DNA of 64,000 bases. It comes from Lytechinus pictus (Eukaryota). Positions 25,671-39,033 of the stretch are shown piece by piece. How positions within the stretch are numbered: position 1 is the first letter of the stretch; each line of letters opens with the position of its first letter. Made by a program: the position numbers and the translations under genes. The DNA is taken from NCBI RefSeq assembly GCF_037042905.1, contig NC_087251.1:42968001-43032000 (forward strand), written 5' to 3'. The notes beneath the pieces were generated by a model that saw only the letters and a program-made list of their open reading frames with translations, made no database searches and was not told the origin of the DNA.

Positions 25671-28600
25671 ATGCCTGAGCTTACAAACAGCAGCCTTGTT
25701 CTTGGCGGTCTGGCAGCGTGTGCTGTGGGTGTGTTGGGCATCTCATATATCTACTTACGGAGAGAAAAGCGCAAGTTCACTCAGGTTGGAGTGGTGTCTA
25801 AGCTCTTTATCCATCCTATCAAGTCATGCAGAGGATTGGAGGTTTCCCAGGCTGAGTGTGTTGCTCTTGGGATCAAAAGTAATGGAGTTATGGATAGGTG
25901 AGATGAATTTACAAAAGTACCTTTTGTTTTTATTAATGTTTTTCTCCTGGGGCATGTTGCATAAAAGTTACTGTTATAGTAACTTGTTGAGCATTGTTAC
26001 CATGGTAGTTTACCATTGCAAAGTTACTACAGTAACTTTATGCAATGGGGCCCAGTAATTTACATGTAATTGATGCTGTCCCTTTTCCTTCCCTTGTCTG
26101 GCATTAAAATTCCTTCTTGGTCTATACCCACAGTGTCTACTTTCCCTTCATAGTCTCATTCCATGTGGTCTAATTCTTGTTTGTCTGCATTCGGTTTGTC
26201 TACTCACCATTTGTTCTTATTGGCATTTGAATTTAAGGTCTGTAGCACCCCCCCCCCCTTTCCAGAAAGGAGAAAAACAAATAATATAATAAATAAAAAA
26301 ATAAATAAATTAATTAATTAACTAATTTATTTATTTGTTTATTTATTTATTACTTTATTTATTTATTTATTTATTTATGGATGGATGGATGGATGCATAG
26401 ATGGATGCATAGATGGATGGATGGATGGATGGATGAATGAATGAATAAGTAAAATATACCTTGGAATGATGTATTTGAAATACTTGCTCTCAGAGAACAG
26501 AGCCATGCTATTAATTTATTCACATTGTTGAAATCAATTTAGGTCGTTTGTCATCATTTGTCCTGAAGGAAGATTTGTAACCCAAAGACAGCAACCATCT
26601 ATAGCTTTGATAGCTCCATCTCTCTCAAATGACAAGGAAAGTTTGTTGATAAATGCTCCGGGTATGCCGACTCTCACAGTGCCTCTGAAAGATCAGAATG
26701 GACCCGTCCATAATATCAGGTAAAGTCCTGTACACAAAACTGCAACCACAAGCAGGTGCCACCGTCACACATTACAGTTTTAACAGGGAATAATTTTGCT
26801 TCTCAAATTTGATTAGCATTTCTCGTTGTAAGAAAATAGCTCTCAACCATTTTCTGTACAGTCCTAAGTAAAAAAATTGCTACACATAAGAAATGTCCTG
26901 TAGTAGTCATAAAAAATGTGGAGCAAATCGCTAGTACAATGCGATTCCCAGGAAAATTATCCCTTTGCAATAATATTACTCATGTTAATGGGGGAAGGAG
27001 TAGGTGGAGGGGAAATAGGTGAAAGTGAGGTAAGCATTTCATAAAAAATAGGCCTTGTTTCATTATATGTTATTGTTTGCATTCTAATTTTCTATAGCAG
27101 ATATTACAACAACAGAGATCACAATGTTTTTAGTAATTTGTGGTCAAGACACAATATCGGTATAAATGCCTGGTTTGTGTCCATTACTGACCCCCTTTCT
27201 CTCAATTCCTTTCTCTCCCCCCCCCCTTCTCCCCTCTCTTTTTACCTCCCCCTTCTCTCCCCCCTTTCCTCTCAACGTCTCTCCTTCCTCTTCCCCTCTC
27301 TCCATCTCCCCTATCTCTTCAACCTCTCCCTGTCTCTTCCCTCTTTCACTTTCTCTCCCCCCCTCTCTCTACCCCTCTCCCCGTCTTTCCATTCTCTCGT
27401 TTTCCCTTCTCAGAATATTCAAGTTACCTGTAGATGGTGAAGACTGTGGTCATGAAGCCAGCGAGTGGCTCAGCCAATACCTCGGGAAACCTGGCTATAA
27501 ATTGATCCGTCATTCAAAGAGATTCAAGGGAAAGATATTAACAGATGATCCTACGTGGGGAAGCAAAGCAAAGAGAGGAGAACAGGTGTGTTTCATTATG
27601 CTCTATCATGCCCCCCCCCCTGAAAAAATAAATAAATCAGGGATTGCTTTTTTTCACAACCTACTGTTTCAATAATCAACATTGGATAAGCTTCAACATT
27701 ACAATGAATTACAAAATCATTCCTATGGACTTATGCAAATAGACAAGCCAAGAGTAAGTTCTTCAATCAGTGATTTTGAACTCCTTTTTCTCAACTCGGA
27801 AAGAAAAAACAAGACTGTATGGATTGGTAGGTCATTATGGGTAAACAAAAGGCTCATTGACTTGCCTTATGACTCCATGTTGATTATTTCCTTAACTTGA
27901 GAAAAGGAGGCCAAACACATATAGGTTCAATATCGATGATTTGATTATTTATTTGCATAATTTTTTAGGTGCATAAGGATGATTTTGTAATTTGCTTGGC
28001 AATAATTTTGCATTTTTGTCCCAAATGTAGACATTGATGTTTAGATCTCGTGTGACATCAACTGAAAACTATCTTTCAGTGTCAAGAAAGAAGAGAATAT
28101 TCTTCATTTCCTTGAAAGTTTCAAGGAAATCAAAATGATTGTATAGAAATAAAAGAAATAGATGTCATAGATGTTAAGATGTGAAATGTGAAATTTGAGC
28201 AACTTTTTTTCTCCATACCAAGAAACGGTTTCAAAAAAGGAAAACTTTTATGCTCTTTATGGTCATTTAAAATGTGCTTTAACGTTTTTACTCAGCCCTA
28301 TGTTGTATGGAAAATGAACTTCAAGCATGGACTTTGTAGTGGACATAATGTTACAGACTTTCATCCTTTTAATATGATGTCCAAAGTCCAGAAAATAAGT
28401 GTAAATATGGCATTACGTATGTTTATTTAGACCAATAGGTATTTACACAAGTGGGTGGTTCAAAGTTCACTTTATGTTTCCACATAAGAATGGAGGAGAG
28501 AGAGGGGGAATTAGTAGTAAAGTAAAAAATAAAATGTGTGATGTTTAGGTCAGAAGTATGTGTTCATTGTATATATCTATTATGTATTGGATGGCATGCA

Positions 28601-31600
28601 TGCACACGTAATGAACATTAAAAGAAAACAGAATCAAATGATGTTTATTTGTATGCCATTGGGAAGTTTTCAAAATCACTGCGTGGACGCTTTGTGCAAT
28701 GCACCAATTCCTTTGAAAATGCAAGTCAAAGCACAATGGAGAGCTGAAAAGTTTTTATCTGAAGTTGTTGGACCAGGACAGCAGATTGTCCTAAGCTTCG
28801 GACCGGACAAGAAATTGCAAATATGTCGTTTGCCCAGAGTCCAGGACGACACTGCTGTTTTGATTCACTGATTTTCCCCAAAGACTGCTTTGTCATGGAA
28901 GGGCTTTTGACAAAAGATTCTTGATGTCCCAGGAAGTGTCTGGGTAGTTATTGCAAAAACCCCCTATTAATCATTCAACAACAAATCAAGTTAAGGTATT
29001 AATGAAGTCTATGTTTACTTGGTTAAGTTAAAAGTATCACTGCCTTTACTATACAATAGACAATTTCTATAGAATCTATCTTTGTGTACACTGAGTCAAG
29101 TAGCGATCCATCATGGTGTTATACTAATTAATGCTAATTTTCAATGTTAATTTAACAATCGCAGAAGTAATCTTTTCCCATGATTTCTTTGTATAGGCTA
29201 CTTATCAAGACCTTGCCCAGGTGAACATTTTGAGTGCTGCTTCTCTTGAGAGCTTGAATTCAAAGTTAGACAAACCAGTTCAGCTCAGGAACTTCAGACC
29301 CAATATTGTGGTGGAAGGAACAACTGCATTCTGTGAGGTGAGTACTATGCATCAGCCAGGATATTCACTTTAAGATATTTTCAATATCTTGAAGAATGGA
29401 AATGAAATCATTAAGCAGGTGCAGGTGACAGTTTTTGTCTCACCTGCATAGCAGAGTGAGACTATAGGCGCCGCTTTTCCGACGGCGGCGGCGGCGGCGT
29501 CAACACCAAATCTTAACCTGAGGTTAAGTTTTTGAAATGACAGCATAACTTAGAAAGTATATGGACCTAGTTCATGAAACTTGGCCATAAGGTTAATCAA
29601 GTATTACTGAACATCCTGCCTGAGTTTCATGTCACATGACCAAGGTCAAAGGTCATTTAGGGTCAATGAACTTAGACCATGTTGGGGGAATCAACATCAA
29701 AATCTTAACCTAAGGTTAAGTTTTTGAAATGTCATCATAACTTAGAAAATATATGGACCTAGTTCATGAAACTTATACATAAGGTTAATCAAGTATCACT
29801 GAACATCCTGCGTGAGTTTCACATCACATGACCAAGGTCAAAGGTCATTTAGGGTCAATGAACTTTGGCCGAATTGGGGGTATCTGTTGAATTACCATCA
29901 TAACTTTGAAAGTTTATGGATCTGATTCATGAAACTTGGACATAATAGTAATCAAGTATTACTGAACATCCTGTGCAAGTTTCAGGTCACATGATCAAGG
30001 TCAAAGGTCATTTAGGGTCAATGAACTTTGGCCAAATTGGGGTATTTGTTGAATTACAGCCATAAATTTGAAAGTGTGTTGGTCTAGTTCATAAAACTTG
30101 GACATAATAGTAATCAAGTATCACTGAACATCCTGTGCGAGTTTCAGGTCACATGATCAAGGTCAAAGGTCATGTAAGGTCAAAGAACTTTGGCCACGTT
30201 GGGGGTATTTGTTGAATTGCCATCATATCTCTATAAGTGTATTGGTCTAGTTCATAAAACGTGGAAATAAGAGTAACCAAGTATCACTGAACATCTTGTG
30301 CGAGTTATAGTAGTTTTCAAAATCAGCACTGCTGCTATATTGAATCGCGTGATGCAGGTGAGACGGCCAGAGGCATTCCACTTGTTTTATTTTGCTTTCA
30401 TTCATGTTCAAAAAAAGATATTTTGGTCAAATTTCACAAGAAAATTAATGACCGCAGAAACTTACATACAGGATTAGACTGAAATAGTATTGTGATGTCA
30501 ATAATTATGCATGCTATTTTGACCCACACATCATGCCAGCTAATGTGAGGCTACCCATCTTACACTGCACACTATTACACACTGGACACCATGCATCATT
30601 CCTCAAACCTTCACCAATATTTTGTCCAGTTTTTGTGCAATTCTTACATGAAACTTTTCATTACGTCAAACCCTTAGAGGACGACCGCTTCTCAGATTTT
30701 GAACTGCAGTGTTGTACCCCTGATTCGCAAAATCTTGTTAGACAGTCGAAGATATTTAGTTCTAAGCACTATCAACCCTGGTAATCCCCCTTCTGTAACT
30801 TTTCACCTCCGCAGGCAATGTAAAAGGAGATAGAGAGAGGGGGAGTGATAGAAAGAGAGAGAATTATTAGGTGTAGAAAAGAGGGAAGAGAAAAAATGAG
30901 GAAAGAAATTTAAAAAAGAAAGAAAAATGGAAAAGAAGACGTAGGTAGAAAGAGACACGCATCCAGCTTTGTATACATGTGTGGCCCCCTGCTGTGATTA
31001 TGGCTTAGATCTTTTCGGACTGATCGAGGTCAAGAAACACATGTTTAGATACTTAAATAGCTGGCCTGGGGTGATTTAGATTTTTCACACTTTGAAACTG
31101 GGGTGTATCTCCTCTAACGATCATTTTGTGTCATGTTATCAGGGTGAAGTTACCCTTTAAAGTTAAAAGCGGTTTTACTGTCCAGTATAATGCACTTTGA
31201 ATTCATGGTGGAACAATGTTTTTAATTTTGTGAGTGCAAATTTGATAATTATGGCAAAGTATGCTTGTGAATATTCGTCAAGGGATACCGTAACAATTAT
31301 CTAATATATTTATTAAATAGGACAAGTGGAAATATGTGTGTATTGGAACAGATGCTCTCCTGAGAACCACTCATCTATGTGACAGGTAAATCAAGTGAAT
31401 TGACAGACTGAAAACAAATCAACATGCAGTTGAAGTAGGAGCGAACTAGCCAACACTGTGTTTGAGTCTCAAAGAGCTAGTCTCAAGATATACCATTTTG
31501 AAATAACTATTAATGAAGTAGCTATATTACCTTACGGCTGTTCCTCCTCTTTAAAGAGGTTGGATGTCGTGGTTTTCCTTCTCTCTCCATCTAGTACAAT

Positions 31601-34600
31601 CTCACCGCATTCGTTAAATCTTTCTGCCCGTCATCTCCTCATTATTTCCAAGCCGGCTTTTCCATTTTTGACCTCTTCCTCTCCTGCCTTCAATTTTTCC
31701 CTCGAAGATTGTCTTCTGCAAAGATTCGTGTTTTCTGGTATGCCCATAATATGATAGTTTGCATTTCCATGATTTTATTTTGTATGGAGAAACTAATATG
31801 TTTTTCTTGTTTAGCTACTTGGTAACGTATTGCAGTAGGAAGATGTATTGAGTAGCGAATTGGTGTGTTTTCATTCAAATGGGTCTGTATTATAAGACTA
31901 CATTGCTTAGAATGCTACATTATGACGAGTTATGAACTTGGCGAGATATGAGTAGTTAAGGACTCGAGGTGGTGCTAAACAAGAGTGCTGGTTCGTTTTG
32001 TTTGTAATGTAACTACTTGTTAAAGCCTGTTTGGTAAATAAGGTTCAATAATGTGAACTATTATCAAATATCATTGAACATTCTAATCTTATAAATGTGT
32101 AGTGGCCATTGAATCCTTTTCCATTTGTTGATTCTTGGTGAAAATTTGAATCTTGTATTTATGAATATCCAGTGCCCTCTCTTGGTTTTGTTTTGCTTTA
32201 AGGTTGCCTTGTCAAATCTATATAAGAAATGAGCACTTGGGAAATTACAAATTGTTCAGTCGCATGCTAGCATCAGCTACATTTTTCATATTCTGTATCC
32301 ACATTTTTGTTACCTGCTGGGGTTATACTAACTCGTATTTGGAGGTCGACTTTCACCTAGTCACTAATTGATTGCCAAATTCATTGATTGAAAGATCATC
32401 CGATATCTGGCGTTATTATGCCCCTGCAGAGAACATTTAGTAATGCACATGCTAGTATTTCTCAAATCTACAACATTTTGATGGGAGCATCTGTATTCTT
32501 GAGGTGGTAGAATAGGTCTGCGTCAGGTTTTGGAGACTTCTGTCTGGCCCCAGATGGGGAAATTCAAAAACATTTGGTCGATATGTAATGATCTCTACCA
32601 CCTGAAGAAGATGAATGTTCCCATCAAAACATTGTGGATTGTAAAGTTCCGATTCATAATTTTTCATTTGCTTAAAGGAGAATGAAACTCTTGGAGCAAG
32701 TTAGTTTTTGTGAAAGCAGAAAAATCAAAGAATAAGATCAACAAAAGTTTGAGTAAAATAGGACTAGCAATAGAAGAGTTATGAGCATTTGAATGTCGAG
32801 ATCACTAATGCTATGGAGATCCTCCCATTGGCAATGCGACCAAGATCTATGATGTCACAGATGAACAACTCTCCCCTTTTGGACACTGAAAATATACCCC
32901 AAAACATCTCTTTTTGCTCATTCTAATCATATGAAAAACGATTCATCAATGATATAATGTTGTGAAACCTCTGTACTTGTCCCCTCATAAAGAGAACACC
33001 TCACCTTGTGATAGACTCTATAAAAGTGAGAATATAAGTGAAATAAGTACTAAAGTAATGAGGGAGTTGTACGTGTGTGACATCACAGATCTTGGTCGCA
33101 TTGCCAATGGGAGGATCTACATGGCATTAGTGATATCAATATTCAAATGCTCATAACTTTCTTATTATTCATTCAATCTTCCTCAAACTTTCAACAATAT
33201 GTTTCTTTGATTTTTCTCTTTGATATGGATTCAGCTGGTTTCAAGGGTTTCATTCTCCTTTAACTCAGACCAAACGAATAACAATATTATTGCTTTACCA
33301 TCACCTTTCCTTTCACGCCATGTAGGTGTCGTCAAACTACTGTTGATCCGGATACAGGAACTTTCTATGAAACTGGAGAACCACTCAAGACACTCAAGAC
33401 GTAAGCATCTTATTCTAGAGATTGCGAAAGATAAAATCAGTCAGTGCAAGTGAACAATACAGTGCATATTCTCTGAGGAATATTTTCTGCAATAGGAATC
33501 AGAATCAAGAAATTTATCTACATTGGCTGCACTCGATCCAGTCAGACTGCAGGTCCCTATGCTAATGAGCAAAAAGGCCAGATTCATCCAAATCATCTCG
33601 TGGCTGAATCCTCCTCCTTGCAAAATCTCGTGATTCGTGAGATTTTCTTTCCTGTTTTAACCTCAAGTTAAATGAAATATTATTGCACCATTAGATAGAG
33701 TAAATGTTACTCTTTCATATTGGTCATTTATTTTGTATACAATATTTTGTTAAATAAGAAAATTTCTGGCCTGAAAATGTGCCTCAAAACTGAATTTTCT
33801 TCCTCTGTTTTCTTTTGCAAATTGTGCAAAACTTTTTATTTTGAGCCTCAATGATATCTATATCACCATAAAGCTGAACTTCTGTACTTTCTCACAATGC
33901 CACTCTTGATATGCGGCACCTTTTAATCGGGTCAAGATCACACTTTTCCCAAGGTACAAGACGAGATTTCTGAAATTTTGTACTTGCATGAAATCCAGAG
34001 TTCTGATTGGCTGGATAATGTTCACAGAACAACAGGCGTGGGGTATTTGAGGAGATTACCACATGGGAAGTGTGACCTTCCCATGAACCCAGGCACTGGA
34101 ACCGTTGGAATTTGCCAGTGTGTGGTCTCTTTGACCAATCAGAGTGCAGTATTCTTGTTTTCAAGCTGCTTTATGTACTTGGCAAATGAAAAGTGTGATC
34201 TTGACCCGATTAAACCAATTCTTATTTTGAAATCTATATCATTTTAAAGCATACATATTCAGCTTTATCATGATTTAAAAATCATTTGGGCTCAAACAAA
34301 AATAAAGTGTGAAAATAGCAGCTTTTGTCAGGTGAAAATAATTATTTTGTAGCATATTTTAGATCAAAATTTTAACCTATATTACAAAATTTTTGAATAA
34401 ATTCAAACACATGACCTGAAAGAATGATTCTTCTTCTTTACAATGATATCAAATTCATGAAATTCGATGCACAAGTAGAGCAGCAATGACCGAATGAAAA
34501 GAGGTGTTTTGGTCCGCATCAAGCTCATTAAATATGCAAAACATCTCAAGTCATGAATATCGCTTGGATGAAAGAAGCCACTTTGTTGGGACCTGCCGTC

Positions 34601-35900
34601 TGACTGCGATCCAGGGGACTGTTTCGTGAAAGTTGAGTTTCTCTGACAGTTACCATAGTAACAGAGGTCAGAGCTTCTGAGCCAATTAAAACCAAGAATT
34701 TCACTGAAATTGTCAGTGCTGACGACTTTCATGAAATGCCCTTCAGGTGGAGTGAATGAGTACCCGGTAGGATTTATTCCTTGAATGCTTTAGCGCTTAT
34801 ATGGCGGCTTAACGACAGCTGGGTTGATAAAAATGATACCAAGTATTAAGAGCAGTAGTGTATATGCATATAAGTAGCTGTGATATGTAAATGGACCAAT
34901 TATCATTATTATAAAACTTTCATCTTTGAGATTGAGCGTTGTCCATATTTATTGAAATGGTAACTATGATGAAAAAAAGTGATTATGCCCCATCAATTGA
35001 ATTGTTCCCAAGCACGTCACATAATGGTTTAAGAAGCTTTTCACAAGAATCACTTAATATGAAAGTGTGATTAAGTCACAAGATGTTGGTGCCTGAGAGA
35101 AAGATGTCAATAGTGTTTAGATATGCAAGTGAATTTTTTGATGACCTATGACCCCAGGAGGTGAAAACGGGGAGTCACTGTCATTACATTGTTACAAGGT
35201 CGACACCATACATACTCGTAGATGGACTTTCCAAATAAACCCCAATAACCAAGTACTATCCTTCAATCTCAGGGTACCTTAAACCTGTATTTTGCATGAT
35301 TACCCCACCCTAAATTATGCCTAAAATATTCTATTTTCATGAAATATAAAAACGTTTTCATGTATTCATATTTGAAAAGTATACTCTTTTTCATGATTTT
35401 AGCAAGTTCAATACCTGTTCCTCTGTATGGACGTGCATTGCGCGGCCATGAATAAAAAACTTGTTTTTGTGCTTCTGTAAACGAGCTTGTTGTCCAGCTT
35501 GTGATGTCACCTTGTTTCTGTTCTTTCTATCATTTATATGGCCGAGTGGTCAATAAGGCGCCTGGCCAAGGCTTTACATGGAAAGTCCGGGGTTCGGTCC
35601 CCGGTCGTGGCACCTATGCCCCTGAGCGAGTCATTTAATCGACAATGCTCTTTTATCCTGCATTCAAATAAATGAAAATGCTATACGCATTATTGGTAAC
35701 CAGGTGTGAACTTGTTATGTTTTGTTTTTTTAATTATACTTCTTTTGTTCAATATTGATCATTACAGATATCGCATGGCGCCCTCCGGCTTTCCTGATCA
35801 GAAACGTCATGGCTCGTCTCCTCTGTTTGGTACCCAGCTCGCTGTCGAATCTCAAGGGACCATCAAGCTGGGAGATCCGGTCTTTGCCTCCATGGAATGA
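25671..35900 (+). CDS. MTARC: Mitochondrial amidoxime-reducing component (mARC / MOSC_N+MOSC), paralog 1, 329 aa: join(25671..25897,26543..26719,27414..27585,29197..29337,31321..31385,33326..33400,35768..35900)
   Basis: All introns are GT-AG with compatible phases and sum to 990 nt including the stop. There is an N-terminal hydrophobic anchor followed by basic residues. Motifs diagnostic of mARC/MOSC proteins: [59 protein letters not shown]. The acceptor at 25635 upstream of the ATG implies a further 5' UTR exon. Confidence 0.93.
26280..26450. repeat. Compound microsatellite (AAAT)n/(ATTT)n/(GGAT)n
   Basis: Direct reading of tetranucleotide runs in intron 1 of mARC paralog 1. Confidence 0.85.
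27190..27410 (+). repeat. Low-complexity C/T tract immediately upstream of the exon 3 acceptor
   Basis: About 220 nt almost entirely C and T, ending at cttctcAG (27413). Confidence 0.85.
29432..30385 (+). mobile_element. Second Helentron/DINE-1-like tandem-repeat element (intron 4 of mARC paralog 1)
   Basis: Same ends and internal units as 2095-3278, inserted in a T run. Confidence 0.75.
32672..33263. mobile_element. TTAA-flanked Kolobok/T2-like MITE
   Basis: ttaaaggagaatgaaac / gtttcattctcctttaa termini with long inverted arms; related to 1858-3626. Confidence 0.8.
33539..34606. mobile_element. TIR element with 5-bp TSD, containing a nested fold-back element (about 33923-34214)
   Basis: TIR cagtcagactgcaggtccc / gggacctgccgtctgactg, with cgatc on both flanks. 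Inner TIR tttaatcgggtcaagatcacacttttc / gaaaagtgtgatcttgacccgattaaa. Confidence 0.7.
35538..35700 (+). mobile_element. tRNA-derived SINE fragment
   Basis: Box A tggccgagtgg and box B-like ggttcggtccc, followed by a SINE-type body (cctatgcccctgagc). Confidence 0.55.
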
Positions 35901-35965
35901 TTTCAGTATACATCTCTTTTATTTTCATATTGACAATCTATACTTCCTGAAATATAAATTTGATC

Positions 35966-36571
35966 TTGAAGGACAAGTCCACCCAACAAAAAGTTGATTT
36001 TAATAAAAAGACAAAAATCCAACTAGCATAACACTGAAAATTTCATCAGAATCGGATGTAAAATAAGAAAGTTATGACATTTTAAAGTTTCACTTAATTT
36101 CACAAAACAGTTATATTCACATCCTGGTCGGTATGCAAATGAGGGGACTGATGACATCACTCACTCACTATTTCTTTTGTATTTTATTATATGAAATATG
36201 AAATATTCCAAATTTCTCCCCCTTGTCATGTGAAATTGAGTTTTATTCCTCCCTGAATATGTGGAATTAACATTGTTTAACATGTGGTTCAGTCAATTTT
36301 TACATTATTGTCAATACTGTAAAAATTAAAATATTGTATAATTCAAACAATAGAAAACAAAAGAAATAGTGAGTGATTGACATCATTGACTCTCGCATTT
36401 GCATATCACTGAGTTGTGCATATAAATGTTTTGAGAAAAATAAGCAAAACTTAAAAAGTCATAACTTTCTTATTTTACAACCGATTTAGATGAAATTTTC
36501 AACGTTATGCTCGTTAGATTTTTCTCTATTGATTCAAATCAACATTTTTCTGGGGTGGACTTGACCTTTAA
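35966..36571. mobile_element. Kolobok/T2-like MITE in the 3' UTR region of mARC paralog 1
   Basis: Termini aaggacaagtccacc / ggtggacttgacctttaa with long inverted arms; same family as 47746-50128. Confidence 0.8.
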
Positions 36572-36896
36572 TATGAGTAACTATACGTAGACACCATGCT
36601 TGTTGCACAGACTTTAAAAATGGGCCCTAAACAAATAATTATACTGCAATCTTAGAGTAATCTCAACAACAAGTATTTTTTTTCATCCCCTCCAACCTTT
36701 TAGAGTAAACATGAAAAAAATTGAAATCCTCCTGAGGAAAATGGTGTAACTTTTTGACGAAAGTTTTTTTAGCGTTGAATTGGAAGAGGTGGTTTTTTTA
36801 CGCACTACATTGATTATCACTTTAGTGTAATAATGAAATGAAGTGAAGATATATGGGATTAGAATTGCAGTCAGCTTCCTGCCAGAGAAGAAATCT

Positions 36897-37142
36897 GGGG
36901 GCCATTTCATAAAGCTGTTCGTAAATTAAGAGCGACTTTAAGAACGACTGGTGATTCGTTATTACCCGCTTAACCATCGTCAATGAATATACCATTTTCC
37001 ACAAGAAAGGATCACCAGTCTTTCTTAAAGTCTTAATTACGCGCTCAACCATCGTCAATGAATATACCATTTTCCACAAGAAAGGATCACCAGTCTTTCT
37101 TAAAGTCGCTTTTAACTTACGAACAGCTGTTTGAAACACCCA
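36897..37142. mobile_element. Small fold-back MITE with an internal ~70-bp tandem duplication
   Basis: ttcataaagctgttcgtaa / ttacgaacagctgtttgaa inverted ends; accatcgtcaatgaatataccattttccacaagaaaggatcaccagtc occurs twice. Confidence 0.65.
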
Positions 37143-38626
37143 CCTGGAAATTTGTCATTTTTTCTGCATGAACTGGTAGGTTATGTTCCCCTCACATGCA
37201 CTCGATTTGTTCAATTCATTAAGTGCCATTTTTCAGGATTTTATCTATTATAACACCCTTTGCACTGCATGCACATGCATCATCCATTTTGGGGAAAGTA
37301 AAATTTCTTCATATTTTTCTGTACAAGTATGACGTCCATTGTACTGGTTTTCCATCTCCCCTCCCCCATTCTTAATACATATCATGACTTTTCTTGAAAT
37401 ATAGGGATAAAATTCATATAGCACTATATGAATTATTACGTACACAATGTATGCCCACGTCTGAATGAAATGATTTTATCAGGGTATATAGGACTGATGG
37501 CTTCCATATGTTTTAATTATGCTGCAAGATTGCTTCTTTGTTATAAAAGTTCTAGTGGTTTTCAGCATACTTATGGGCAATTCCATAAAAAATGTACGTC
37601 CAACCCCCTATATGTGCAACTTTCATGAAATTTTTCTGTCTCTGATTTCTTGTTCTTTGAACAGTCTGTAATGATCTCAAAGGACCATGACTTGGTCAGT
37701 TTATGAAGTGAATTATAACTTGAAAAAAATGGTGGTTGGACGTACAAAAAGATTGATCATTTTATGGAATTGCCCTTATAGTTAAATGCATTTAGCTTGC
37801 TGGCATGCAAATGTTAACTAGAAAATCTTTCTATCTGCCATTCTTTATCAACATTGTGAATTTATTTGTAACCTACTATGAGATACGTAGAACTTGTATA
37901 ATGCGCCACATCATTATGTCTTTATGCTGACCTTTGTGGCCCAGGGGAAAGTCTCAGGAATTTGAAAGAGGTCCGTTGGTTTGAATCCCAGCCATTGATC
38001 CTTATTGAGCAGCACTCGACTCGGGTGAGGTGAATGGGTACCTGCAGAAATTTATTCCTTGAAATGGCTGCGTGACTATTAAAAGCTTTGATAAAAAACT
38101 CCTATACAAGAACTGCTTATTATTTTTTCTGGATATTTGAATGAAATGTTATGGGGAAAATTAACACAAAGGGCATCAGTTGATAATGAGTAAAATTGAA
38201 CTTCAGGTTGACCATTAAGTTGTATGGTATCGGAAACATCACTGCATTTGTTATATCATTACAAAAAAAGAAGCTATTGGTAGGTATCAATATATTTTTT
38301 CTGTGTGGGCATTGGTACAATTGCATGAATCCAACTTTATCAAAGCTGCCCCAACCTTCCTCCGTTCTTAAAGGGATTCGATTTGAAAATTTTAGTTGAA
38401 ATCTTGAAGAGCTTATCTCAGGAACAATATCTTTTTGTCAGTAGTTAGGGTCTTACTGGCCCTACTCAAGGATAGTTTGATAATTTTGAACAGTGAATAA
38501 GTTTTCATAGTGCCGTATTATATGTAAACTGCAAGATTGCAACCATTTCTTGTATAATAATTAGTTGCCTGTAGGAGTTAGTGTTAATAACATGTGAAGA
38601 AAATACCTCTATTTCATAGCAAAACA

Positions 38627-38889
38627 ATATTAATAATACAAATAATAATAATAGCTGGATTTATAAAAGCGCTTTTTGCCTGAGGATACAAAGCGCTGCT
38701 ATTATTACCCCGGCATTAGTGCATTCAAGGAAATAATCCTGCCGGGTACCCATTCACCTCACCTGGGTCGAGTGCAGCACATTGTGGATAAGTTTCTTGC
38801 TGAAGGAAAACACGCCATGGCTAGGATTCGAACCCACGACCCTCTGTTGGAAAGGCGAGAGTCAGAACCACTAGACCACGGCGCGCCCA
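38627..38889 (-). mobile_element. Near full-length tRNA-derived SINE
   Basis: Minus strand has box A tggtctagtgg, box B ggttcgaatcc, core gcactcgacccaggtgaggtgaatgggtacc and an (ATT)n tail. Degenerate + strand relatives lie at about 37965-38125 and 34745-34910. Confidence 0.85.
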
Positions 38890-39033
38890 AATAGTATGTA
38901 TTTGTATAGCGCAACAAGTATTTCTATATATTCTATTATTCTACTGAAATGATTTACATGTTGAATAGATTTTGCTTCTAAATGCTTGATGGATTTATAG
39001 TTGTGTCCCTTTTATATTATCAACATGCAGCTT

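Noticed and set aside
25636..26058. 140-aa ORF overlapping mARC exon 1 (likewise 50267-50482)
   Set aside because: Shadow frame with a non-ATG start and no recognisable motifs.
31420..31930. Possible decayed coding remnant on the minus strand in mARC intron 5
   Set aside because: The composition looks coding-like, but there are stops and no motif I can recognise. A translated database search would be needed.
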